Part shown: positions 39,633-48,264 of the stretch, one piece after another | How positions within the stretch are numbered: position 1 is the first letter of the stretch | Layout of the letters: every line of letters begins with the position of its first letter | Assembly: GCA_965248445.1 (NCBI GenBank) | Contig: CBDFJG010000004.1 | Coordinates: 864,001-928,000 of the forward strand | DNA: 64,000 nucleotides | From: Planctomycetota bacterium | Lineage (GTDB): Bacteria > Planctomycetota > JAJSAM01 > JAJVHW01 | Direction: 5' to 3' | Notes under the pieces: generated by a model | Seen by the model: only the letters and a program-made list of their open reading frames with translations | Told to the model about the DNA's origin: nothing | Databases searched by the model: none | Translations under genes and position numbers: made by a program

Positions 39633-39940
39633 TCAGGCTTCCCGCCCGGAGGGGGCGACGGAGAAGGACGCGGCGAGCGCTCGCGCGGCGTCCATCTGCT
39701 CCTCCGGGTCCTGTTCAGCGTCGCCCCGCCCGGAGACTCGGTCCATGAGGGGGCCGAGGTCCGGCATGCGCTCGACGCGGGAGAGCGCGGCGGCGTGCCA
39801 GGCCGTGAAGATCGCGAGTTCGTAGGTCCGTTGGCGCTCAGCGGAGAGTGCGCGCAGGTGACACGCGGTCTCGCGCGGCGTCTGCCGCCAGAACACCGCG
39901 GGCGGGATGCCCGCTTCGGCGGCCCGGTCCCGCCACTCCT
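39633..39940 (-). CDS. Tail assembly chaperone GT extension (likely -1 frameshift product)
   Basis: AGIPPAVFWRQTPRE...AWHAAAL; lies in the -1 frame relative to upstream G ORF with no own start. Confidence 0.7.
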
Positions 39941-40327
39941 CTAGTCCGAAGGGGCGGGCGTCGGAGGGACGGCGGTCCCTTGCGAAGGGTCCGCCTCGGC
40001 GGTCTCGGGCTGTTCCTCCTCCAGTTCCGGGAAGTAGTACCGCAGGGCGACTCCGAGGATGCGCTGCGCCTCCTTGCGGCCCATCGCGTCGATGAGGCGT
40101 CCGGCGAGCTTCAGGGTCAGGTCGGGGTGGTGCTCCTGGAGGCCCGCCCAGAGCATCGCGCGCAGCGATGTCGCGGAGAGCTTCTCGTGGGCGATGTCGA
40201 GCAGGGCGTCGGAGAGCACGCGGCCCGAGGCGTGCTCGAACTCGCACGCAGCGGACCAGTGGAACTTCACCCGGTAGACCTTCTCGTCGGCCTCGAAGGC
40301 CGCCTCGCCACGCAGTGGATTCGGCAT
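39941..40327 (-). CDS. Tail assembly chaperone G (GTA-gp10-like)
   Basis: MPNPLRGEAAF...LRAMLWAGLQEHHPDLT. Confidence 0.8.
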   Translation of the reverse strand: MPNPLRGEAAFEADEKVYRVKFHWSAACEFEHASGRVLSDALLDIAHEKLSATSLRAMLWAGLQEHHPDLTLKLAGRLIDAMGRKEAQRILGVALRYYFPELEEEQPETAEADPSQGTAVPPTPAPSD

Positions 40328-40881
40328 CAGCCAACCCTCCTCAAGTAACCGGCCAACTTCACCAGCAAGCCGAGGTCGTCGTGAGCCTGCCCGAGGGCTC
40401 GGTTGCATCTGTCGCAGAGGAGCCCTCGGATGCACTCCCCGCACGAACGCCTGCCCGGGCAGCACCCGTGATCGTGGTCCACCGCAAGCCGCCGGGGCTC
40501 TCCGGTGCGCTTGTTGACGGCCGTCTCAGTCCCGTCGCACACCGCGCATCTCCCGCCTTGCTTCGCGAGCATTCCGTCGTAGTCCGCAAGGCTGATCCCG
40601 TACTGGCTTCGCAGGTACCAGTCCGCGCGCTTGTCTGGGTTGGCGACGAACCAGGCCCGGTTCGTCGCCTTCACCTGCTCCCGGTGCGCCTCGCACCAGG
40701 CCTTCTGATACGTCTTCCTGCAGGGCTTGCACCATGCGGTCCGGCCATCGCGTGCCCGGCTCGCTCGGTGGAAGTCACCCCGAGACTTCGCCTCACCGCA
40801 CTTGCTGCAGACCTTCAGCGCCGGAGCGGCTTGGGGCACGCAGGTCGAGGTCTCGGACACGCTCCGAGAGTCGAGGCGCAC
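40327..40881 (-). CDS. Endonuclease VII-type HNH nuclease
   Basis: CSKC..WCKPC Zn finger; QYGISLADYDGMLAKQGGRCAVC...LAVDHDH...IRGLLCDRCNRALG. Confidence 0.9.
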   Translation of the reverse strand: MRLDSRSVSETSTCVPQAAPALKVCSKCGEAKSRGDFHRASRARDGRTAWCKPCRKTYQKAWCEAHREQVKATNRAWFVANPDKRADWYLRSQYGISLADYDGMLAKQGGRCAVCDGTETAVNKRTGEPRRLAVDHDHGCCPGRRSCGECIRGLLCDRCNRALGQAHDDLGLLVKLAGYLRRVG

Positions 40882-40904
40882 GGAGACTCGCGCAACCAGT
40901 CCGA

Positions 40905-41354
40905 CTACGCGAAGTCCGTCGGGACTGCCTTGCCTGTGACCTTAATTTTCACCGCCACGGTGAGCAGGTCCTTGGCAGCCGAGGACGGCTCCCAACCAGT
41001 GATGAAGCCGGGCACCGTCAGGGTGGGGGTGTTCGGGAACTGCGGCCACTCGACGCGCCACTTGCGCGTCGTGCCCGCGAGGAAGTCCGCGAGCAGACCC
41101 GAGTTCGAGCCGTGGGAGACGTGCTCGGGGCGGAAGTTGAGCACCAGTGAGATCTCGCCGCCGTTGGCGATCCCCGGTACGAATTCCGCGTGGTCGTCGG
41201 GGGACTCGGTGTGGGTGGCCTCGACCGCGTCCCTCGACAGGGAGGGTCCGCCGATCGACTTGACCTCGGCCACCGAGACGAAGGTCCCGCCATCGACGGG
41301 GTCCTCCTTCAGAAACCGGGTCTTGGTGCCGAGCTTCGCGCCAGTCGCTGCCAT
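40905..41354 (-). CDS. Non-contractile phage tail tube (major tail) protein
   Basis: VAEVKSIGGPSLSRDAVEATH...EFVPGIANGGEI...IKVTGK. Confidence 0.88.
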   Translation of the reverse strand: MAATGAKLGTKTRFLKEDPVDGGTFVSVAEVKSIGGPSLSRDAVEATHTESPDDHAEFVPGIANGGEISLVLNFRPEHVSHGSNSGLLADFLAGTTRKWRVEWPQFPNTPTLTVPGFITGWEPSSAAKDLLTVAVKIKVTGKAVPTDFA

Positions 41355-41372
41355 CGCTGTCTCCTCCGCCCG

Positions 41373-41714
41373 CTACAGGGCGAACACCCCCACGGAGAGG
41401 TCCGCCTCGGTCGAGTAGGTCACGACCACGCGGGCGTTGGTGTCGTTGAACGCAGGCGGGTCGAGGGGGCCGATCCAGCGCTCCTCGTCGGCGGGCACGG
41501 AGACGACCAGATCGGTCTTCGCGGCACCTTGCGGCAGCGCCCCGGCCGGGAGCTGCGAGACGATCGTCACAGTCCGGGACGTCAAGAGGTTGGCGTTGAC
41601 CACGCGCAGGAAGACGCGGCCGGAGTTCGGGAAGGCGTCGCCCCCCGCCGCCGTGGGGTCAAGCGCCGGGTCAATCCCCGCGCGCGAGATCTGCTGGACC
41701 GTCAGCACCGCCAT
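41373..41714 (-). CDS. Small phage virion-type protein, first gene of tail operon
   Basis: All-beta-like 113 aa (GDAFPNSGRVFLRVVN...WIGPLDP); GGAGG RBS. Confidence 0.6.
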   Translation of the reverse strand: MAVLTVQQISRAGIDPALDPTAAGGDAFPNSGRVFLRVVNANLLTSRTVTIVSQLPAGALPQGAAKTDLVVSVPADEERWIGPLDPPAFNDTNARVVVTYSTEADLSVGVFAL

Positions 41715-41863
41715 GAGCCCCCTCCGGGGTTGCGCTCTGATCTTGAGCGTCGAGGGCTCCGGAGAGTCGTTCAAGGCAGCGGCACCAGACAGTACGATGC
41801 GCGACTTCACATGGGACATGGGCCGGGCCGACTCAAGCCTGGTGCCCCGGAGGAACGAACCAC

Positions 41864-42247
41864 ATGCCGCGAACCGCCAATACCACCGACGCCCTTCTTG
41901 CCGACCTGAGTAACCGACTCGCGCGACTGGCCGAGACCGCACGCAAGGAGGGCCGCGAAGAGGCGCTCGCGGATGTACGCTCCCTCGTGAGCGGCGAGGC
42001 GACGAAGCGCCGGAAGCCGACTCCGAGGAAGCCCAAGGCGGCGCGCAAGGCTGCCAAGCCACGGACGAAGTCGAAGAAGCCCCGCAAGAGCTCCTGGGCC
42101 GGACTGACGCCCGAGCAGTGGCTCGCACGCGTGAACGCGATCCGGAAAGGACGGGGGCTGCCGCCGAGGGCTGCCACCGAAGAAGGAACGGTAGCTCGGA
42201 GCGAGTCTGGGTTCGGCGGGGTTACCTTGACTAACGACGCCAACTAG
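41864..42247 (+). CDS. Small basic, putative nucleic-acid-binding protein
   Basis: GGAGG RBS; N-terminal helix, K/R/P/A-rich linker, SSWAGLTPEQWLARVNAIRKGRG; stop lies within the IS target CTAG. Confidence 0.65.
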   Translation: MPRTANTTDALLADLSNRLARLAETARKEGREEALADVRSLVSGEATKRRKPTPRKPKAARKAAKPRTKSKKPRKSSWAGLTPEQWLARVNAIRKGRGLPPRAATEEGTVARSESGFGGVTLTNDAN

Positions 42248-43916
42248 CCCGAATCGTTCACCAGCCGGGAATCTGAGCGGGCCGTCGTCTGTCTAAGTGC
42301 TCGTACTCGCTAGTACTTGCACCGACAGGAGCGCCGGCCCGATGACGACAGACTGTAGCCCGCAGGGGACCCTCTTCGCGGGCATCTGTGGACGCACCGC
42401 GGTGACGCGCTTCGACGCCGGTACCGTGACGAGCGACGGGGGCGTGCTGCTGCTCGAGCGGACCGATCGTCGCATCGATCTGCTCTCGCGGTTTGCGCGC
42501 TGCTTCGGGGACCACCGGGACCCGCGTCGGGTCGAGCACACGGTCGGCCAGATGCTGCGTCAGCGGGTCTTCGGGCTGTGCGCGGGCTACGAGGATCTGG
42601 TGGACCACGACCATGTCGGCAAGGACCCGCTGTTTGCCGCGGCGTGCGGCAAGCGCGAGGGTGCTCTGGCCACGCACCCGACGCTCTCGCGGCTCGAGAC
42701 CACGCAGCTCGGCGCCACGGCACAGACGCGCTACGCCAAGATCGAGATGGACCAGGAGCGCGTGGACAGCGTGCTCAGCGACGTCTTCTGCGAGGCCATG
42801 GGGCCGGAGGATCCGGGCCTGCTCGTGCTGGACCTGGACCACTCCGACGTGCGGCTGCACGGCCGGCAGGAGGGCCGCTTCTTCCACGGCTACTACGGGC
42901 ACTACTGCTACCTGCCGCTGTACGTCTTCTGCGGCGAGCACCTCTTGCTCGCTCGGCTCCAGACCGCTGACAGAGATCCCGCGCGCGGAGTCGTGGACGA
43001 GCTCCGTGCGCTGGTCTTACGTCTGCGGCGCCGCTGGCCCCGGGCCAAGGTGCTCGTGCGCGCAGACTCGGGCTTTTGCCGCGAGGAGCTGATGGCCTGG
43101 TGCGAGGCCGCCGGCCACTTCTACCTGCTGGGCATGGCGCGCAATGAGCGCCTTGAGCGACACGTCGAAGACGCGCTCGATGAGGCCGCAGCCCGTGCCG
43201 TGCAGACCGGCCGAGCAGCCCGGGTCTTTCGCGACTTTGCCTGGACCACGCTGGGGAGCTGGAGCCAGAGGCGTCGCGTGGTCGCCAAGGCCGAGCACCT
43301 GCCGGGCGGCAAGCGCAATCCCCGCTTCGTGGTGACCAATCTGCCGCCTCGTAGCTGGAGCAGCAAGCGTCTCTACGAGCAGCTCTACTGCGCCCGGGGC
43401 GAGGCGGAGAATCGCATCAAGGAGCAGCAGCTCGAGCTCTTCGGCACCCGTCTGTCGGTGCACACGATGCAGGGCAACGCCGTGCGGATGGCCATGTCGG
43501 CCATGGCCTACGTCCTGACCTGTGCGCTGCGACGCATCGGTCTCGCCGGCACCGAGATGGCGCGTGCGCAAGCCGGCACGATCCGCCTGCGGCTGCTCAA
43601 GATCGGCGCGCTCGTGCGGATCACGACGCGCCGGATCTGGGTCTCGATGTCCTCGTCGTGGCCCTGGCAGCACGTCTTCGAGCGCTGCGCGCAACGACTG
43701 CTGGCATCCCCGAAGCCGACCTGACGTCCCGCCGCGCCGTCCGCCACACCACCGCCCGGCCTACGGTCTGCCCACACCGCAGAATCCGCGCCGTTTCGGC
43801 CGCTCACTCGCGTTGCCCTTGTGGCAACGACGACAGCATCCGCCCTCGCCTGGCCAAGATCTGACCCTGTGGACTCCGAAAGCACCGTCATCGCGACGTC
43901 TCGTGAACAGATGCGG
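42248..43916 (+). mobile_element. IS1380-family element, copy 2 (complete)
   Basis: Imperfect IRs CCCGAATCGTTCAC / GTGAACAGATGCGG; CTAG on both sides (42244-47, 43917-20). Confidence 0.93.
42342..43724 (+). CDS. IS1380 family transposase
   Basis: Translation identical to 26593-27975. Confidence 0.95.
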   Translation: MTTDCSPQGTLFAGICGRTAVTRFDAGTVTSDGGVLLLERTDRRIDLLSRFARCFGDHRDPRRVEHTVGQMLRQRVFGLCAGYEDLVDHDHVGKDPLFAAACGKREGALATHPTLSRLETTQLGATAQTRYAKIEMDQERVDSVLSDVFCEAMGPEDPGLLVLDLDHSDVRLHGRQEGRFFHGYYGHYCYLPLYVFCGEHLLLARLQTADRDPARGVVDELRALVLRLRRRWPRAKVLVRADSGFCREELMAWCEAAGHFYLLGMARNERLERHVEDALDEAAARAVQTGRAARVFRDFAWTTLGSWSQRRRVVAKAEHLPGGKRNPRFVVTNLPPRSWSSKRLYEQLYCARGEAENRIKEQQLELFGTRLSVHTMQGNAVRMAMSAMAYVLTCALRRIGLAGTEMARAQAGTIRLRLLKIGALVRITTRRIWVSMSSSWPWQHVFERCAQRLLASPKPT

Positions 43917-43949
43917 CTAGACGCCGCCCACGCCCACCCGTGCTTGGCT

Positions 43950-44044
43950 AGCGTCTGTACCGCAGCGTCTGTACCGAGTCAGGACAGGTTCTGAAGCGTT
44001 CGCGTTGCTAGAGCGCACGGACTCTGCAGGAATTGTCCTGACTC
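43950..44044. repeat. 13-bp tandem direct repeat plus ~69-nt imperfect hairpin
   Basis: AGCGTCTGTACCG twice (43950-62, 43964-76); GAGTCAGGACA...TGTCCTGACTC stem. Confidence 0.75.
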
Positions 44045-44130
44045 CGTATGCGTGAACCAATTCGCAAGGGACTATTTGCCGATTCGCCAACCATCGGGCC
44101 CCTCCGCCGCGTGCCGCGCTGGCCGCTTCT

Positions 44131-44811
44131 CTACGGCTCGCGATGCAGCTCGAAGACGAGACAGCCGTCCTGTTCCTCGAACACCTCGCGCTCTGTTCCG
44201 TCACCCGGATCGAGGCGCACCTCGCGAAGGAACCGGTGCACGCGCGTCCGTTGCCAGCCCGGGAAGTAGACGAGTAGGAGGCGGTCGTCTCCGGCCCAGT
44301 GGCCGCGCGGCTCTCCCGACTCGTCGTGTACCTCCCCATCCGGCAGGAGATCGAGCAGGCCCGGCGCCTCGTCGAAGCAGCTTCGCCAGCGACCGGCGAG
44401 GTCGGAGGCGTGACCGAGCTCCGCGAAGTCGGCCGCGCGGGCATCGCGCACGAATTCGAGCCACTCGACGCTCTCGTGCTCGCGACCGCGCCCGGTGGCG
44501 AGGCCGCGCCACCGGCCACCGACATCGCTGTCGCTCATGGCCCCGCGATCCGGTCGCCCACTCCGGAGTACGGGGCTACCGTTCCCGGAGTTCGCAATGG
44601 TCCACTTCCCCGGGATCGGGGTTCCGCCGGGGGATCGCGCCACCGCGCCGTCGTGTGGACTCCCCCACAGGAACCACGGCGCCTGCCCGGACGCGAAGCC
44701 GTGCTCATTCTCCGCCAGACTCTCGAGCGACCAGATGTTGCTCGCGATGTAAAGGGCAACGGCGCACGAGAGAACCACCAGCGCAACCGTGCCGCCGATG
44801 GCCCACCGCAC
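44131..44811 (-). CDS. Hypothetical membrane-anchored protein
   Basis: N-terminal TM (GGTVALVVLSCAVALYIA); start uncertain. Confidence 0.5.
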   Translation of the reverse strand: MRWAIGGTVALVVLSCAVALYIASNIWSLESLAENEHGFASGQAPWFLWGSPHDGAVARSPGGTPIPGKWTIANSGNGSPVLRSGRPDRGAMSDSDVGGRWRGLATGRGREHESVEWLEFVRDARAADFAELGHASDLAGRWRSCFDEAPGLLDLLPDGEVHDESGEPRGHWAGDDRLLLVYFPGWQRTRVHRFLREVRLDPGDGTEREVFEEQDGCLVFELHREP

Positions 44812-44974
44812 GCCGTGCGAGACGGCAGAGAGCGGTTCGTCGTGCGACGATTTCGGCAGGCCGGGTGGAGGCGCCACGTCCGCAGTTTACGCCGGAGTTG
44901 CGAGTCGCGGCGGCAGGCAGGCTGCTGTTGCGGTCCTTCTTCCAGGTGTCCGGCGTTCTACGCACGTCTCCCGC

Positions 44975-45967
44975 CACGCCGACCTGCAGGGCTACTCCGC
45001 TGAGTGGCGCGACGTCATTCGCTTCGACTACCGCGATCGCAGCGTCTGGTCGATGCCACCGCCGTCCAGCGGCGGCCTCTGCCTCGCGATGATGGCGAAC
45101 GTGCTCACGCTCTACCCGCGCGGCGCGATCGACCTCGACACAGATGCGGGTGTGCATCGCTACGTGGAAGCGGCGCGCCGGGCGTATGCCGACCGCGCCG
45201 TCCACCTTGGCGACAGCGACTTCTACGACGTGCCCCGCACGTGGCTCCTGTCGTCCGCCCATGCGCGCGCCCGCCGCCGCGAGATCGGCGAGCGTGCGAC
45301 CCCGAGCGCCGAGGTGCGGGCCGGGGCGCCAGTGAGAACAGAGGGTGAGGAGACGACTCACTACTCGGTGCTCGACGCCGACGGGATGGCGGTGAGTGTC
45401 ACGACGACACTCAACTTCGGATATGGCTCGCTCGTGAGCGTCGAGGGCGCGGGGTTTCTCCTGAACAACGAGATGGACGACTTCAGTGCGAAGCCCGGAG
45501 TCCCCAACGCCTACGGGCTCATCGGCAACGAGGCGAACGCCATCGCTCCCCGCAAGCGGATGCTCTCCTCGATGTCACCGACCATCGTCACTCGCGGCGG
45601 GGAGGTCGAACTGGTGGTTGGGACGCCGGGCGGCAGCACGATCATCACGTCGGTGCTGCAGCAGATCGTCCGGATCCTCGACATGGGGCAGAGCGCTGCA
45701 GAGGCGTGCGCCGCTCCCCGCATCCACCACCAGTGGCTGCCCGACGAGGTGTTCTACGAGTCGGGGCGGAAGCCGGCGGGGCAGCTGCTCGACGCGCTGC
45801 GCGGCCGGGGGCACGCGCTGTCCGGCCGCTCGGCCATCGGCGACGTCTGCACGATCCACGTCGCCGGTCGAAGGGTCTACGCCGTCTCGGACCCGCGCGG
45901 CCGCGGCGCGTCCGGAACTGCCCCGTCCCCGGGCCCGCGAGCAGCCTCGCAGAGCACCGCGGAATAG
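44975..45967 (+). pseudogene. ggt: Gamma-glutamyltransferase, N-terminal part missing
   Basis: MPPPSSGG, AYADR..LGD, catalytic TTHYS, LLNNEMDDF, LSSMSP, GTPGGSTI, SDPRG; no ggt-like sequence upstream of ~44975. Confidence 0.85.
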
Positions 45968-46202
45968 GAGCACGAGGCTCGTCTGTTCTGCGCCCGACGG
46001 CGCCGGAGGATGGGTTTCATGGCGCTTTTTCGCGGCTTCTTGGCGGCGGAAAGTCCCAGCGCCCGAGCCCGGTGCTGGCGCCGTCGTTGTAACGCGTTAC
46101 CGTCGTTCCGTGCGGTGACCGTCAGCGCTCTCGCGCTTTGCACCGCCCGGCGGGATCATGGACCGCGGCCCGATCACGAGCGCCGCCAAGGAGATAGACG
46201 TC

Positions 46203-46313
46203 ATGGCCAAGGGCAGAAGTGCGCAGAAGGCGAAGGGCAACAAGCCGAAGCTCTCCACCAAGGAGAAGAAGGCGAAGAAGGCGGAGAAGAAGGCCAAGAA
46301 GGGCCTGCGCTGA
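46203..46313 (+). CDS. 36-aa lysine-rich small protein
   Basis: AAGGAG RBS; MAKGRSAQKAKGNKPKLSTKEKKAKKAEKKAKKGLR. Confidence 0.6.
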   Translation: MAKGRSAQKAKGNKPKLSTKEKKAKKAEKKAKKGLR

Positions 46314-46369
46314 TCGAGCTACTGGGCTGATCGGGCTACTGGGCTGATCGGGCCATCTGGGCTGATCGG
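46309..46369. repeat. ~17-bp tandem repeat (GCTGATCGRGCTACTGG, ~3.5 copies)
   Basis: Directly read between convergent genes. Confidence 0.75.
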
Positions 46370-46411
46370 CCTAGCGGGACGGGCGCCCGGAGCGCCGTAG
46401 CCGCTGGCCTT

Positions 46412-47725
46412 TCAGCGCCCGCGGCCGCCGCGACCGGGCCACTCGGGCTTCTCGCCCTCGGCCGGGTCGGGGAAGTAGCGCGCCGGCATGCCGTCGTAAT
46501 CCGGGACGTCCCTGCCCTTCAAGCGTCTGATCGCGAGATCTACGGCTCGCTCCAATCGCCAGTCCCAGCGACCGAGTGACTCCCGGTACTCGACGAGCGC
46601 GTCCTTGACCTTCTCGTCCTCGCTCAGCCCGAGCGCCCACGTGGCTGCGGCGCGCACGTCTTGCCCGCCGCCCTGGACTAGGATCTTGCGCAGTCCGGCC
46701 TTCACCGCCTTCTCGGTCGCGAACGGTGCGATGGCGACGGACGCCTGCTCGCGCACGAGCTCTTTCTTGTCGCCAAGTGCCTTGGTCAGGGCCTTGCGCA
46801 CGTCCGCGTTCTCCGGGCCGAGCGCGCCCAACGCGCGGCAGATCGACGACTTCGCCTTCTCGTCCTTCTCCTTCTTGACCCGCGCGAGCAGCGGTGCGAG
46901 GTGGTCCTCGAAGCCGCTCCGGCGCATCGCGAGCGCGACGCGCATCCGTACCTCGGGCGCCTTGTGCTTGAGCGCGGCGTGGGCGAGGGCGCGCCGTTCC
47001 ACCGTGTCGGCGAGGGCGAACGCCCCGAGTACGGAACCGACGACGTCGGCGTCCCGCGACGCCTTGGCGCGCTTGGCGAGTTCTGCGTCGATTGCAGGGT
47101 CCTTCTCCGCGATGAGCTCGGCGAGCGCGATGTCGCGCACCGCGGAGATCGGGTCGAACGCCCGGTCCATCCGTCCCTCGAGCGTGTCCCACGCCGCGAG
47201 GCGTTCGGGCGTGCACAACTCGGATGCGCGGGTCATGAGCGCGGCGAGATCCGCTGCCGACATCGTCCATACCCGCTGGAACAGGATCTTGCCGTCGGGC
47301 GATACGAAGAAGTGCCGCGGCGAGTTGACGTCGTCCTTCGGACCGAGACCCAGCCACTCGCGGCGGACGGTGTCTTCGATCGTCTGGTGCTGGTCGCAGG
47401 TCACACTGCCGAAGCGCTCGCACACACCGCCAACCAGCCGGTGCTTGTAGAGCGACGCGATCGCGATAGCGCAGCTCTCCGCTGCTTTGTGGAAGACCGG
47501 GTCCGTGTAGACGTCGTCCACCATCCCCTGGTTGCCGCGCTCGCTGTCCATGTTGAGCGCGACCATCAGCGCGACACCGCGCTTCTCGGCCGCCGCGAGC
47601 CCCGCTTCGAGCGATGGTTCCCAACGCGGATGCGTCGGCCGGTCCTGCGCGGCGGCGGGGACGACCGAGAGGGCGAGCAGCGTGACGGCGAGCAAACTGA
47701 GGCGTCTCACGATGTGTGCGCGCAT
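46412..47725 (-). CDS. Secreted thioredoxin-like plus HEAT-repeat protein
   Basis: Signal peptide; WEPSLEAGLAAA...SPRHFFVSPDGK; HEAT repeats (EVRMRVALAM, LVREQASVAI). Confidence 0.7.
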   Translation of the reverse strand: MRAHIVRRLSLLAVTLLALSVVPAAAQDRPTHPRWEPSLEAGLAAAEKRGVALMVALNMDSERGNQGMVDDVYTDPVFHKAAESCAIAIASLYKHRLVGGVCERFGSVTCDQHQTIEDTVRREWLGLGPKDDVNSPRHFFVSPDGKILFQRVWTMSAADLAALMTRASELCTPERLAAWDTLEGRMDRAFDPISAVRDIALAELIAEKDPAIDAELAKRAKASRDADVVGSVLGAFALADTVERRALAHAALKHKAPEVRMRVALAMRRSGFEDHLAPLLARVKKEKDEKAKSSICRALGALGPENADVRKALTKALGDKKELVREQASVAIAPFATEKAVKAGLRKILVQGGGQDVRAAATWALGLSEDEKVKDALVEYRESLGRWDWRLERAVDLAIRRLKGRDVPDYDGMPARYFPDPAEGEKPEWPGRGGRGR

Positions 47726-47764
47726 GGCTCTTCCGACCTCCAAGTCCGCAGAGGGTACAGGCCG

Positions 47765-48178
47765 CTACTGCTCTCGCAGATCGATGCGTTCGGTTTGGCC
47801 CTCGACCTCCACCTCGAGGTAGTCGTAGCTCCAGACGCCACGCTCGCGAGGCGCGTTGACGTAGATCTTGGCGGAGCCCTCGGGTCCGGAGATCGGGATC
47901 GTGAGATTCGCGTCGCCACCCTGGTTCTGGATGTTCACGTTTCCCTGGACGAAGAACCCCTCCTCGATGGGTTGGCCGAGTGCCTCGACCACGCGCTCGT
48001 TGCTGCGGGCCCGTTCCATGGCGACCTGGAAGGGCTTCGTGGACTTGATGATCCCCATCACGCCGCCGAACACCCCGAAGCCGCACGCGGCGCATAGCAC
48101 CGCGAGCAAGAGCAGCGTCGCTGGCACGAACCACAGCCAGTTCCGCCCGAACCAGCCCTTCTGCGGTGTACCCGTCAC
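47765..48178 (-). CDS. Coa1 family (cytochrome oxidase assembly factor-like) protein
   Basis: WFGRNWLWFVP, VVEALGQPIEEG, ANLTIPISGPEG. Confidence 0.8.
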   Translation of the reverse strand: MTGTPQKGWFGRNWLWFVPATLLLLAVLCAACGFGVFGGVMGIIKSTKPFQVAMERARSNERVVEALGQPIEEGFFVQGNVNIQNQGGDANLTIPISGPEGSAKIYVNAPRERGVWSYDYLEVEVEGQTERIDLREQ

Positions 48179-48264
48179 CTCCACCTCCTCGCGGACAGAG
48201 ATCGTACGGCGGCTCGGCGCCGAGCCCAGGGACGCAATTCGCGCCCGCCGCTCCGCCTGCCTGA

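Noticed and set aside
30872..41714. Contractile injection system, R-type tailocin or complete GTA
   Set aside because: No sheath, baseplate wedge or spike genes; no capsid, portal or terminase
44030..44070. tRNA-Leu-like fragment on the minus strand (GAATTGGTTCACGCATACG...TCAGG)
   Set aside because: Only a degenerate D-arm resemblance; no anticodon stem, T-arm or acceptor stem, so not a tRNA gene
46309..46369. Possible CRISPR array
   Set aside because: Contiguous ~17-bp repeats with no spacers and no cas genes
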